From assembly GCA_963706325.1 (NCBI GenBank), contig CAVPLT010000007.1, forward strand, positions 672,001 through 736,000: a stretch of DNA of 64,000 bases. The letters run 5' to 3'. Shown piece by piece: positions 20,401 to 29,795 of this stretch; the first letter of the stretch is position 1, and every line of letters begins with the position of its first letter. The notes under the pieces were generated by a model. That model did no database searches. It was not told where the DNA came from and saw nothing but the letters and a program-made list of their open reading frames with translations. This DNA comes from an uncultured Nitrospiraceae bacterium. GTDB lineage: Bacteria > Nitrospirota > Nitrospiria > Nitrospirales > Nitrospiraceae. A program made the translations under genes and the position numbers.

Positions 20401-20574
20401 CGGGGACATCCCGGGAACTTTGGTGACGACCTGGACGAGCACCGTGGTGACGTCCGGGAAGGCGTCGATGGCGATCGTTTGGAAGGCATAGATCCCGCCG
20501 ACCACGAGGATGCACGCTATGACGACGACTAAGACCCGTTGGCGGAGAGCAAAAGCCAGAAAAGAGGACAACAT
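17443..20574 (-). CDS. CusA/CzcA-family heavy-metal efflux RND permease
   Basis: 1043 aa. Motifs IDAFPDVT, NLMSLGGL..AIGMMVDGSVVVVEN, GVAVLNG, RLRPVLMT and GSEVQRPLA. Confidence 0.93.
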   Translation of the reverse strand: MLSSFLAFALRQRVLVVVIACILVVGGIYAFQTIAIDAFPDVTTVLVQVVTKVPGMSPAEVERFVTFPMELQLMGAPGLTDIRSFSKVGLSMITVVFKDDIDIYLARQVVLERVLEVQELLPPGSVSQLVPNTTGLGEVYQFYLEGPHDNDQDFVMTDTDLRERRTLEDWVIRPLLKGLPDVVDVNSLGGFVKQYQVLVEPDLLRKYGLALHDVFGAVAQNNANAGGNILEKDDEKYVIRGVGLIKTLEDIEHIVVKQVGGTPVYVRDVAEVRIGHAVRHGAAVVNGKHEVITGIVLMLRGGNARVVVQSIKDKVDEIHEKRLLPGGLRIIPFYDRIELITAALDTVYKALLEGVVLVVVILFLFLGNVRSALIVTATLIVTPLVTFIVMDQVGLTANLMSLGGLVIAIGMMVDGSVVVVENVYRHLAEQRDDRFDKTQVILHAVTEVGQPVIFGILIIILVFLPILTLQGMEGKMFQPLANTIIIALVVSLVLSLTLSPVLCALALKRGTEEDTFLLRWAKRFYLPTLHWAMGHRIMVLAIALGLLGASLSLFPFLGGEFIPILNEGAISPQTIRYPSIALDKSIEIEKEMQRAVLEFPEVRMVVSKIGRSEMGNDPQEPNASDPVVSLRPMDEWTTAKTKSALDDAIRKRIEKVPGANFLLSQPIQQRVDELLSGVRSEATIKILGDDLAVLRTTAEKIQAIMATVRGVGDVRVEQLFGQTYLTIDIDRSKISRYGINVAHIQEIITTAIGQEAATRVYEGNMRFDLTFRYPEKYRNSVDTIKNILLTTPTGALIPLGDLATVELREGPSLISREGLQRRIYVGFNTLGRDIESVVAEAQDKIAKQIHLPAGYHFVWGGSFENMQRAMARLKIILPITIGLIFILLFASFNSVRHAALIIMNLPFAMIGGIVALWLTGEYLSVPASVGFINLFGVAVLNGIVLVSYFNKLREDGLQCDEAIIKGCTLRLRPVLMTALVALLGLMPLAFAHGIGSEVQRPLAVVVIGGLVSSTLLTLIVLPVLYRWLDRPDRPTLGEASSHH

Positions 20575-20578
20575 CAGG

Positions 20579-21811
20579 CTAGATCTGTTCCCGAAGCAGT
20601 TCGGATTTCAGCACAAAAGATCCCTTCGTCACAATCGATTCTCCTTCTAACAATCCATCGAGCACCTTGATATCTCGGCCATTGGAGTTCCCCAATTTGA
20701 CATCGCGGACTTCAAACACGGCCCCGTCGCGTTGGACAAAGACAAAGTGACGGTCGCGGTCGCGTTGCACGGCGCCTTCGGGAATGAGCAGCACATTCGG
20801 TTCCGGTTCGGAATAGACCCGGACCGAGGCATACATCGCGGGTTTGAGTTTGCGCTCGGGATTCGGTAGTTCCAGCCGTAAACGCATGGTGCGGGTCGCG
20901 GGATCCAACACGTCGCCGACGTAGGTAATGCGTCCTTGAAAGGTCTGGTCAGGGTAGGCGGCGACATGCACCTCCACCGACTGACCTGTCCCCGTCAGAT
21001 CCGGACGAATGTAGGGGATATCTTTTTCAGGAATGACGGCCGTCACCCATACGTCAGAGAGATCGGCAACCACGAAGAGTTTTTCCGTGGTCTCCACGAC
21101 TTCACCCTTGGTCAAGTTACGGGCGATCACCCGACCGTCGAAGGGAGCCAGGACCGGAACGTGGGAGCGAATGGTGTGATTGCGGTCCAGGTTTCGGAGG
21201 TCTTCATCTGTGAGGCCCAGAAGGAGCAGTCGATCTCTCGCTTCCTGTCTTTCGGCACGGAGGCTGAGCATTTCCCCTTCGCGTCGTTGTGATTCAGCTA
21301 ACCCAATGACCTTTTCTTTCAAAAGCAGCTCTGCTCGACGAAAAGCCCGGTCGGCAACGTTGAGTTTGGCCGTGGCCTTGAGGTAAGCCGACTGAGCCAT
21401 TCCCAGTTCGCTGCTATACAGGAGAGCCAGAAGTGCGCCTGATTTCACTTCCCTGCCGAGGTCGGCATACACGTCGATCACTCGACCGCGAACCAGCGTG
21501 GTGATTTCCGCCAGGGCATGTTCATTCGGTTCCACAGTGCCCGGAAAATCACGGGTGGTCCGAAATTCTGCGCGCGCGACCGGTTGCACGACGATTCCGG
21601 CCGTCTTGACTTCCTCAATCGTCAAGCGGACGAGGCTGCTGTCAGAAGATGGGGCAGGCGGGTTAGCTCCCGTGGCATTGGGGGGCGGCCCCTCGCAACC
21701 AAGCGCGGCCTGTAAGACAAGTACGCCGAGAAGAATTCGTGCAGAGGATATCCAAGGAGATCTGGGACGCAGTGCAATTGCTTGTAAAAAAATGGATCCA
21801 GTGAGGGACAT
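20579..21811 (-). CDS. RND periplasmic adaptor (CzcB-like membrane fusion protein)
   Basis: MFP motifs APFDGRV, LFVVADLSDVWV, LDPATRT and LKPAMYA. Confidence 0.92.
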   Translation of the reverse strand: MSLTGSIFLQAIALRPRSPWISSARILLGVLVLQAALGCEGPPPNATGANPPAPSSDSSLVRLTIEEVKTAGIVVQPVARAEFRTTRDFPGTVEPNEHALAEITTLVRGRVIDVYADLGREVKSGALLALLYSSELGMAQSAYLKATAKLNVADRAFRRAELLLKEKVIGLAESQRREGEMLSLRAERQEARDRLLLLGLTDEDLRNLDRNHTIRSHVPVLAPFDGRVIARNLTKGEVVETTEKLFVVADLSDVWVTAVIPEKDIPYIRPDLTGTGQSVEVHVAAYPDQTFQGRITYVGDVLDPATRTMRLRLELPNPERKLKPAMYASVRVYSEPEPNVLLIPEGAVQRDRDRHFVFVQRDGAVFEVRDVKLGNSNGRDIKVLDGLLEGESIVTKGSFVLKSELLREQI

Positions 21812-23190
21812 TACAAAGCGCCTCCCACGGCGCGTTCCAAGAGCGCCAATGACAGCGAGAGATCGAACTGGGCTTGAGCATAGTCTAACAGAATTTGACG
21901 CTGTACACGTTGCGCGTCGAGGACCTCGATGAGGCTGGAGGCGCCTTGCTGGAAACTGAACTTCGCAATCCGCAGCGCCTCATCAGCCTGTTTCAGCAGC
22001 CCTTTTTCATATACGTCGATCATATCCGCGGTGGTTTTGGCATCCTGGAAATGTTGGCTGACGTTTCGGATCAATTCATTGCGCGCACGGAGATATTCTG
22101 CCTCGCCCTTCCGTTTGCTCCCGAAGGCCGATATGATCTCTCCCTGCCGCCTATCCCACACAGGAGTTGGGAACGAAACCCCACCGGTAAACGCTTCTCG
22201 ACCGATTTCTCGCCAGTAGCTGCCTCCGATGGTAATGTTCGGAACCCGGGCTTGACGTTCGAATTCCAAGCTCTGGTGGGCTTGCTCGACGAATTTGGTT
22301 AAACGCAGGATAGTCGGATGCTGGGTGAGCGCGCGTTCAGTCAAAATGTCGATGCCGAAGCCGGGGCCCACGCGATGTAGTTGACCATCGATGGCATAGG
22401 TAGGGCCGAGCGAGCCGGCCGTCAAGGTATCAAGCATCACGCGATTCACGCGCACTCGATTGGCTGCTCTGGTCACCGATTGGTTGGCCTTGAGCACTTC
22501 CACCCCCGATCGAATGGCTTCAAATTGCGGACTTTCTCCCAGGCGCACCCTGGTCCGCACGGCCTTGTCCACGTCTTCTACCGTGGCCAGATTTTGTTCC
22601 GCGAGGAGCAGCGCGCGCTGCGCGAGGAGCAAGTCGTAGAACGCGACCTTGACGTCGGCGACCAAATTCAAACGCGTTTCGGCCAGTCCGGCTGAAGCGC
22701 TCGCCACACCGGCTTCTGTCGCGCGTTGGCGAGCCGCGCGTTTCGACGGCCACTCGATTGGCTGTCCGACGGTCAAGTTGAACTCGGTGACTGATTCTCG
22801 CACCCCCGGATCGAAGGTTCCCAGATCCCGCATATTGCCCCGGCCACTGTTGGCGCTGATCGAGGGATTAAGATAGGTATTGGCGGCGACCTGTTGGCCA
22901 CGGTTCTGCTCGATGGTCCCTTCCGCGCTGGCGACCGTGGGATTGTGTGTCAATGCAAGATCCAGCACGGTCTCCAATGAAAAAGTAGATTCGTGTGCGG
23001 GAGCACCCGTGGGTGAAGGGGAGGCAGCCAATCCTAATGCGGGGCTTGAGAGCGCGGCACCGATTATCGCACCTAAGGCGACGGCTGTGAGACGAGGGAG
23101 GACGCGTCGCTGACCATAGTGGGCACCGTAGCGGGACTCGTGCCGCATATGCGGACATACAGTGACTCGTAGTCGGCTTGCGTGTGTCAT
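21811..23190 (-). CDS. TolC/CzcC-family outer membrane efflux protein
   Basis: OEP repeats ending ...SLIEVLDAQR...LERAVG. Translationally coupled to the MFP. Start uncertain (ORF open to 23283). Confidence 0.88.
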   Translation of the reverse strand: MTHASRLRVTVCPHMRHESRYGAHYGQRRVLPRLTAVALGAIIGAALSSPALGLAASPSPTGAPAHESTFSLETVLDLALTHNPTVASAEGTIEQNRGQQVAANTYLNPSISANSGRGNMRDLGTFDPGVRESVTEFNLTVGQPIEWPSKRAARQRATEAGVASASAGLAETRLNLVADVKVAFYDLLLAQRALLLAEQNLATVEDVDKAVRTRVRLGESPQFEAIRSGVEVLKANQSVTRAANRVRVNRVMLDTLTAGSLGPTYAIDGQLHRVGPGFGIDILTERALTQHPTILRLTKFVEQAHQSLEFERQARVPNITIGGSYWREIGREAFTGGVSFPTPVWDRRQGEIISAFGSKRKGEAEYLRARNELIRNVSQHFQDAKTTADMIDVYEKGLLKQADEALRIAKFSFQQGASSLIEVLDAQRVQRQILLDYAQAQFDLSLSLALLERAVGGAL

Positions 23191-23795
23191 CGCTGGATCT
23201 CTCCCATCCATCACATCGTTGATCAACTCCGTAGGGTCTAACCAAGGTAACAGCTTCGAGGGATCAAGTCGACCAAGGGGCATGACGGCATCTTTTCAGG
23301 GTGAACATGGTGATGGAAGCCGGGTCAGCGGCGGCACTCATCGCAGAGCGTGTGTGGTACAGGAGAGGGCTCCCGATGACCCGCGGTGAAACGAGTTCAA
23401 CACTGTGCAACTGAGTGGCGCTGGTACGCAGAAAGTTTATGTCATGTCAATCGCCTGAGGCGCCCTTTGCCACGCACAGATTCCTGTTAGTTGAGGAGTG
23501 GAGATTGAGTCAAGGTGCGCAGTTGCCGGACTCACCAACAACCGATCAGCGCGGTGAAGGGGTATGCGTGGTGACTGTACCTGCGGGGACGAGTCATGCG
23601 AGATTGGGCGAACAGTCGATCGACAATGGTCCCGCACAGCTCGCCACGCCGGCCTGGAAGACGGACCAGATTTGTGTTGGCATGTAGTTCGTCAAGGCTC
23701 TCTGGCCCCCTGAGTTTTCGGCGTCGAACGTATTCCATTGCCTTGCCTCGTTAATGTGTCGATGGAGCGGTAAATCTCGGTTGAGACTTCGCTCG

Positions 23796-24005
23796 TCAGG
23801 TCTCGTACATATTCTGTTGTGTCAGCTGACAGTAAAATTGATTGCACTGAGGACAGTATCCCTCCGAGACAGTGAGATCCTGCGGCTGCGCCTCGTGTTT
23901 TTGTAAGAATGTCGCCAGCTCGCCCCATTGGGTTACGGCGCGCGCGTCGGCCCCATCTTCCCGAACACGCCAGCAAAACTGGCATTGTGTGGCAGCGGAG
24001 TCCAT
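23796..24005 (-). CDS. Small Cys-rich putative Zn-binding protein
   Basis: CQFCWRVRE...W..L..F...H...SEGYCPQC resembles the CxxC...SHGxCPxC tail domain of some signalling proteins. GGGGGA RBS. Confidence 0.55.
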   Translation of the reverse strand: MDSAATQCQFCWRVREDGADARAVTQWGELATFLQKHEAQPQDLTVSEGYCPQCNQFYCQLTQQNMYET

Positions 24006-24209
24006 GGTCTAGTCCCCCAGGGTTTCTGACACAGTCATCATGTGTTGATGCCTTGCTCAGCCACGCGGAGACGCCTGCGAAAAATGAAACCATATCGAAT
24101 TCACAAGGCGGCTGACAACTAGGCAGTATCCTAGGTTCGAGTGAAAATGTTGCGGGGCGACAGTGGGAACAGGAGATTCCGGGAGTCTCAACAGCTGGGG
24201 CTGTAAATG

Positions 24210-24851
24210 CTAGGCCGAGGTCAGTCCGTGTGCAAGTGCGTATTTGGTTAATTCTGCCGTGGTATGCAGGTCAAGATGGAACATGATCTGCGCTTTGTGA
24301 AACTCCACAGTTTTGGGAGAGATATTGAGCAGCGCGCCGATTTCCTTGATCGTCCGCCCCTCCGCGACCAGCTGCAGCACCTCTCGCTGGCGCGGTGTCA
24401 ATTCCTGCCGTTTAGCGAAGAGTGTGGCATGATCCTCTGACAGTGAGGTGACGAGTTCCCGCGTCAAGAGAGCGGTCACGAAGTATTGTCCCTTCAGCAC
24501 AGAATCGATTGCCTGGTCCAATTCTCGAGCCGCGGACCGCTTGAGCAGATAGGCCGATGCGCCCGCTTTGAACGCTTCGGTCACATAGGCGGGATCTGCA
24601 TGCATGGTAACAAACACAAGTTTCACATCGGGCAGCGTTTTTTTGAGCTGCCGCGCCGCGTCGATACCGTTCAGCAATGGCATTGAAATATCCAAGAGGA
24701 TCAAATCCGGCCGTAGCCGTATTGCCGATTCCAGCAGGGCGCGACCGTCTTCGACAGTCCCCACAACCTGGCAGCGTTGCTCCACAATGCGTCGAAACCC
24801 TTCCAGCACGAGAGTATGGTCGTCGGCCAACAAGACACGAGGTACGGTCAT
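24210..24851 (-). CDS. NarL/LuxR-family response regulator
   Basis: REC domain plus LTPRQREVLQLVAEG...ISPKTVEFHK HTH. Confidence 0.94.
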   Translation of the reverse strand: MTVPRVLLADDHTLVLEGFRRIVEQRCQVVGTVEDGRALLESAIRLRPDLILLDISMPLLNGIDAARQLKKTLPDVKLVFVTMHADPAYVTEAFKAGASAYLLKRSAARELDQAIDSVLKGQYFVTALLTRELVTSLSEDHATLFAKRQELTPRQREVLQLVAEGRTIKEIGALLNISPKTVEFHKAQIMFHLDLHTTAELTKYALAHGLTSA

Positions 24852-25990
24852 ACGAGCACCTCCGCGTGGGGCACGCTGACGTGCAAGCGTGTCCCCTGCA
24901 GCGGGATGGAGTCTATAGTGAACGTGCCTTGGACGAGCCGCACACGCTCCGTCATACTGACCAGTCCGAGGCCGCGACGTCCCTCCATCACGCTCTGCGT
25001 GTCAAAACCAATTCCGTCATCCTCTACTTGGAGTGTCACTGTTTCGGCAGTGGAGGACAGCGACACCACCACGCGCGTGGCCCGCGCATGTTTCATCACA
25101 TTGGCGAGGCATTCTTGTGCAATGCGATAGAGGACCGTGGATATCTTTTGGGGTAGACGTTTAGGCGCCGGGTGGAATTCAAACTTGCCCTGAAGGTTCG
25201 AACGGGTGGCGCAATCATCCACCAGACGCTGCAGGGCGACCGTCAACCCAAGGTCGTCAAGAATCGAGGGATGGAATTGATAGGCCAAATGGCGAACATC
25301 ATCGGAGAGCTCGGTCAGGCGGTCTTGGATCGAGCGCAACTCCTTGCTACAGGTGTGCGCGGAGGAGGGCAGAGTGCTGTCCAAGGATTCAACTTGGACG
25401 ACCAGCATGGCCAGTCGTTGGTTGATGTCATCGTGGAGGTCCCTGGAAATGCGTCGACGCTCTTCTTCCTGAGCCGTCAGTAGCCTGGCGGCCAGATCTT
25501 GCAATTCCTGTCCGCTCGTGGCGAGCGCGTGTTCACTCGCGCGGAGAGACTGTTCCGTCTCGACGTGCTCGGAGATTTCGTTCAACAGCGTTCGGTTCAC
25601 ATCCGCGAGTTCCTTGGTGCGAGCGGCGACCCGATCTTCTAGTTGGTTTTTGGCCTGCCGCAGGTGGGTCTCCACCTGGTGCCGTTGTCGTAGGAGCATA
25701 GCAGAGATCCAGAGGATGATCAGTCCGAGAATACAATTCGTCACGCCAACCCACAGTGGAATGCTACCCAAGCGAGGGCCCAGCGCGGCTCCCCCAATAA
25801 GCAGTATCGTCGCACAGGTTGCGGTGAGCAAGGGGAGCTGGGGTTTGGACGATGACGACGCCAGAAGGACGACCCCTGAATAGAGGACGCCAATGGCCAC
25901 GCCGAGCGGCATGGACAGATCGAGGGCAAACAGTCCGCCGCTCAATCCCACTACGGCCGGCACAACCCACCTGTTACGATGATCCGACAT
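24848..25990 (-). CDS. Membrane sensor histidine kinase (HisKA_3/NarX-UhpB type)
   Basis: EERRRISRDLHDD H-box, QECLANVMKHA, DDGIGF and GLGL. Overlaps the regulator start. Confidence 0.92.
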   Translation of the reverse strand: MSDHRNRWVVPAVVGLSGGLFALDLSMPLGVAIGVLYSGVVLLASSSSKPQLPLLTATCATILLIGGAALGPRLGSIPLWVGVTNCILGLIILWISAMLLRQRHQVETHLRQAKNQLEDRVAARTKELADVNRTLLNEISEHVETEQSLRASEHALATSGQELQDLAARLLTAQEEERRRISRDLHDDINQRLAMLVVQVESLDSTLPSSAHTCSKELRSIQDRLTELSDDVRHLAYQFHPSILDDLGLTVALQRLVDDCATRSNLQGKFEFHPAPKRLPQKISTVLYRIAQECLANVMKHARATRVVVSLSSTAETVTLQVEDDGIGFDTQSVMEGRRGLGLVSMTERVRLVQGTFTIDSIPLQGTRLHVSVPHAEVLV

Positions 25991-26067
25991 GAGGCACCTG
26001 ATCCTTAATTATCCCAGCCTGAGGGAGGCGATACAAGACGAGAGGTGAATGGGTGCCGGAGCCGCAA

Positions 26068-27459
26068 CTATTCGTGCTCCATTTGCTTCTTGAGGCGACG
26101 GTCCAACGCAAATCGCGTCAAGCCGAGATGTTTGGCAGCCAATGTCTTGTTGTGGTCCGAGAGGCGTACGACTTCCTCAATGAGCGCGGATTCGACATCC
26201 GCCAGCGTTTGCTGACCAAGGACCATCTCGATGCGTAGCGAGGGATGGTCGCCGCGAGCCGTCGCGACTGCAATCTGCGGCGCCTGGTCGCGAAGCTCCC
26301 GCGGCAAGCAGCCCGCGGTCAAGGTCTTGTCATGACAGAGTATCATGGCGCGTTCGATGATGTTTTGGAGTTCGCGGATATTCCCGGGATAGCTGTACCG
26401 TTGGAGCAACTCCTGCGCCTCGGGCTCGATATCGACGACATCCTTTCCAAACTCTTTTCCGAACCGCAGCATGGCTTGCATCGAAAGCGGAAGCACATCT
26501 TCCGTGCGCACGCGGAGCGGTGGAAGTTCGAAGGTGACCACGTTCAGGCGAAAATAGAGATCCTCGCGGAACGTGCCTCGGAGTGATTCCTTTTTGAGGT
26601 CCCGGTTGGTGGCGGTCATCAAGCGGAAGTCGACCGAGAGGTCCTCCATGCCACCCAATCGTCGAAATGTCCGTTCTTGCAATACCCGGAGCAGCTTGGC
26701 TTGCATCGCTGGATCCAGATCGCCGATTTCATCGAGAAATAAGGTTCCTCCTTCTGCCTTTTCCAACAGTCCTCGCTTGCGCTGGTGAGCGCCGGTAAAG
26801 GCGCCTCGCTCGAACCCGAACAGCTCGCTCTCGAACAGCTCCTTAGGAATAGCTGTGCAATTAACCGCGACGAATGGGCCTGTGGCGCGTGGGCTGTTGC
26901 AATGGATGACTCGCGCCAGGAACTCTTTTCCCGTGCCGGTCTCGCCCTGCAGCAGGACCGTCGATTTGGCGTTCTGCGCCACATCGCGCACTTGGCCCAG
27001 CAACAGTTGCATCGTGGGACTGCGCGCGTCGATGTTGGAGAAAGCGTAGGCGCTGTTTTGGTCTTCCAGTGAAAACTCAACTCGCTGGCGAAGTGCGAGA
27101 AACTCCAGGGCGCGGTCGACGACGGGGTCAACGCTGGATAGATCCACTGATTTGATTAAAAAGTCATAGGCGCCCAGCCGCATCGCCTCCACGGCATTTT
27201 CCACCGTGCCATAAGCGGTCAGCATGATGATCAACGTGTGAGGGGCGATCGGACGGATTTGGCGGAGCGCTTCCAGTCCTCCCATGCCCGGCATTTTAAG
27301 ATCCAGCAGAATCAGGTCGGGGACGTGCTGCGTGACCGCTCTGAGCAAATCCTCACCGGACTCGAAGCCCGTGACCGCGTGTTGTCGCCGCGAAAGACGC
27401 TTGACGATGGCGGTGCGAATAGCTGGTTCATCATCCGTGACGTAAATCGTGGCCCGCAT
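26068..27459 (-). CDS. NtrC/AtoC-family sigma54-dependent response regulator
   Basis: REC domain, GETGTGKE, GAFTGA, FLDEIG, YPGNIREL and HTH. Confidence 0.94.
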   Translation of the reverse strand: MRATIYVTDDEPAIRTAIVKRLSRRQHAVTGFESGEDLLRAVTQHVPDLILLDLKMPGMGGLEALRQIRPIAPHTLIIMLTAYGTVENAVEAMRLGAYDFLIKSVDLSSVDPVVDRALEFLALRQRVEFSLEDQNSAYAFSNIDARSPTMQLLLGQVRDVAQNAKSTVLLQGETGTGKEFLARVIHCNSPRATGPFVAVNCTAIPKELFESELFGFERGAFTGAHQRKRGLLEKAEGGTLFLDEIGDLDPAMQAKLLRVLQERTFRRLGGMEDLSVDFRLMTATNRDLKKESLRGTFREDLYFRLNVVTFELPPLRVRTEDVLPLSMQAMLRFGKEFGKDVVDIEPEAQELLQRYSYPGNIRELQNIIERAMILCHDKTLTAGCLPRELRDQAPQIAVATARGDHPSLRIEMVLGQQTLADVESALIEEVVRLSDHNKTLAAKHLGLTRFALDRRLKKQMEHE

Positions 27460-29386
27460 GGCTCTCCTCTTCCGGCATCCGTTGTGGCTGTTGGCGTAGG
27501 GGGCACCAGACTCGGACGGTCGTACCGCTTCCTACATTGCTTTCGAGGGTGATATCTCCGCCGTGCGCATCGAGGATGTTCCGGCAGATGGCCAGTCCTA
27601 ATCCTGTGCCTCGTGGCTTGCCGCTGGTGAAGAATGGTTCGAAGACATGCGGTAGATGCGCCGGACTGATCCCGCCTCCTTGATCTACGACCGCAATCTC
27701 TAGTCCCTGTTCCACGCCGTGCGCGAGCTGCGCGAGAGAGACGGTAATAAGACCGCCCAGCGAAGTCGCTTCGATCGCATTCTGCATGACATTGAGCAGG
27801 ATCTGCTTGAATTGATCGCGATCGGCTTGGATGGTAGAGGGGCCTGTGGATACGGCGAGACGGACGGTTACCTGTTTCTGCATAAGGAGTTCATCCAATA
27901 CCTTGGTAACTTCCTGCACGAGCTGTGCCATATCGAAGGTGAGCGCCACGATTTCGCGGGGACGGGCGTAGTCGATGATTTGATTGACGATACGATCGAG
28001 ACGTTTCGTCTCCTGCAAAATGACTTCGAGATCGGCGCGACGCCCATCGCTCGGATCTGTATCGTCGAGTAGGAGCGAGGTCGTCGAGCCAATGCCGACG
28101 AGCGGGTTTCTGATTTCGTGCGCAATGCCTGCCGCAACTTGCCCGAGCGTGGCGAGCCGCTCAGCGCGGCGGAGGCGCGTCTGCATGATATCAAGCACGG
28201 TAATGTCCACATTGAAGCCCTGGTACATTACCACCTCGCCTGAATGGTCCCGTATCGGAATGCGCCGGCTGAGGACTCTGCGGACCGTGCCGTCGGCATG
28301 GAGGAACCGGAAGACTGTTTCATAAGGCCGTCCTTCCTCCACCGCCTCTGAAAACTCCATGACGACCCGTTCCCGGTCCTCAGGATGAATGGCCCGTCTT
28401 ACGGCATCTGGATCTTTCTCTTCACTGGGGTCGAGTCCCGCGAGGATGCTGTTGTAGCGATTACTAAACACGAGCGTCATGCCACGCGTGGTAAAAATCC
28501 CGAAGGGCGCATGGTCGACGATACTCCGATACTTGGCTTCAGACCCGGCCAGATCCTGGTTCAGTTGCCGCAGGTGGGCCTCTGAGTGTTCCACCGCGGC
28601 GATGTGGGAATGAATGGCCGAACTCATGGCATGCATGACACGGGATAAATTCCCGATCTCATCTGTGCCGGGCAGGATGGGCACCTGCGGGACCGGGTCA
28701 GTGGCAGAGGCCACAACGGCCTTAGCCAGCCGTTCGAGTGGAATCGTGATGGAATGTGCGATGAGGTGCAACACGCCGACCATGCAGATCAACGCAAAGA
28801 GGCCGCCTCCTAGAATGGTCATCAACATGGTGTCGCGGTCTTGCGCAAGTTTCACGAGGCGGTTGTTCAGTGCGGCTTGCACAAGATGCTCGAATCGTCC
28901 CATCTCCTGGCGGATTTTCAGCATCAGCGTCCGCCCCTTGCCCTCCTCGATATAGAGCCGCGCGTCGCTGGTATGCTCGGCTTTTACGGCGTCGATCAAA
29001 AGTTCTTTTTCTTCAATGAACTGTCTGACCAACTCTTGGATGGACGCGATGAGCGCCTGCTGATCCTCATACTGGAACACTTTCGCTTCGAGGGTGCGGC
29101 CAAGGTTCAGTACATGGTCCTGAGCGGTTCGGTAGGGAAACAGGTAATGTTCCTGGCTCGTCAATACAAAGCCCCTGAACCCCGTTTCGAGGTCCACGAT
29201 CAGGCGCAGGTATTCGGAGGCGAGCCGTTGCGAATAATAAATGTCGTTCAGTTGTCCTTCGTCGTCTGAGAAGGTGGTGACGCTGCGGTATGTCAAAATG
29301 CTGAGGATGAGGATGGTCAGCGCAGGAATAACCGACGCAAGAAACAGCTTGCGGGCGATGGGCAGATTGCTCAGCAGATCACTCAC
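27431..29386 (-). CDS. CHASE3-HAMP-PAS sensor histidine kinase
   Basis: TM, CHASE3 (DLETGFRGFVLT), TM, HAMP, PAS (IHPEDRE), AHEIRNPL, FEPFFT and GTGLGL. GTG start. Confidence 0.92.
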   Translation of the reverse strand: MSDLLSNLPIARKLFLASVIPALTILILSILTYRSVTTFSDDEGQLNDIYYSQRLASEYLRLIVDLETGFRGFVLTSQEHYLFPYRTAQDHVLNLGRTLEAKVFQYEDQQALIASIQELVRQFIEEKELLIDAVKAEHTSDARLYIEEGKGRTLMLKIRQEMGRFEHLVQAALNNRLVKLAQDRDTMLMTILGGGLFALICMVGVLHLIAHSITIPLERLAKAVVASATDPVPQVPILPGTDEIGNLSRVMHAMSSAIHSHIAAVEHSEAHLRQLNQDLAGSEAKYRSIVDHAPFGIFTTRGMTLVFSNRYNSILAGLDPSEEKDPDAVRRAIHPEDRERVVMEFSEAVEEGRPYETVFRFLHADGTVRRVLSRRIPIRDHSGEVVMYQGFNVDITVLDIMQTRLRRAERLATLGQVAAGIAHEIRNPLVGIGSTTSLLLDDTDPSDGRRADLEVILQETKRLDRIVNQIIDYARPREIVALTFDMAQLVQEVTKVLDELLMQKQVTVRLAVSTGPSTIQADRDQFKQILLNVMQNAIEATSLGGLITVSLAQLAHGVEQGLEIAVVDQGGGISPAHLPHVFEPFFTSGKPRGTGLGLAICRNILDAHGGDITLESNVGSGTTVRVWCPLRQQPQRMPEEESHAGHDLRHG

Positions 29387-29434
29387 GAGGGCCTTCAGCC
29401 TCCGGGGACATCGTAGTCTTCAGCATAGTGAATC

Positions 29435-29450
29435 TGCAACCTGATTGCCT
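29435..29450 (-). promoter_or_regulatory. sigma54 -24/-12 promoter for the CHASE3 kinase/NtrC operon
   Basis: AGGCAATCAGGTTGCA (GG-N10-GC). Confidence 0.6.
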
Positions 29451-29552
29451 GAGTTACGCGATAGCGGACATATCGGCTATTCAACGCTCGACAGGGCTGC
29501 GAACTCCTTCATTTCACACGCGGCTCCACGAACTTTTGCGGTTTGAGCGGTA

Positions 29553-29579
29553 TCGCACAGTGCGGTAGCGCGATCTCGC
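29553..29579. promoter_or_regulatory. Putative bEBP enhancer, repeated motif copy 1
   Basis: TCGCACAGTGCG-GTAGC-GCGATCTCGC between divergent sigma54 promoters. Confidence 0.55.
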
Positions 29580-29692
29580 TCGTAATATGAAAGCTTACGC
29601 ACCATATGAAGAGACCAGAATGTAGATTCAGGGAGAGGCGAATGCGGTTCTCTCCCTACAGTGCGTGGTGAGCGAATACGCCATCGTCTGTG

Positions 29693-29708
29693 AGGCACGT
29701 GGCTTGCT
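29693..29708 (+). promoter_or_regulatory. sigma54 -24/-12 promoter for the FNT-Emr operon
   Basis: AGGCACGTGGCTTGCT (GG-N10-GC). Confidence 0.7.
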
Positions 29709-29795
29709 CAGAGCAGAGGTGAGAAGAACGATGAGCTCATGCAGCAGGACCCGCGGTTCCCAACCGTGCCTTGAACGGTTCACAAGGAGGGTACG

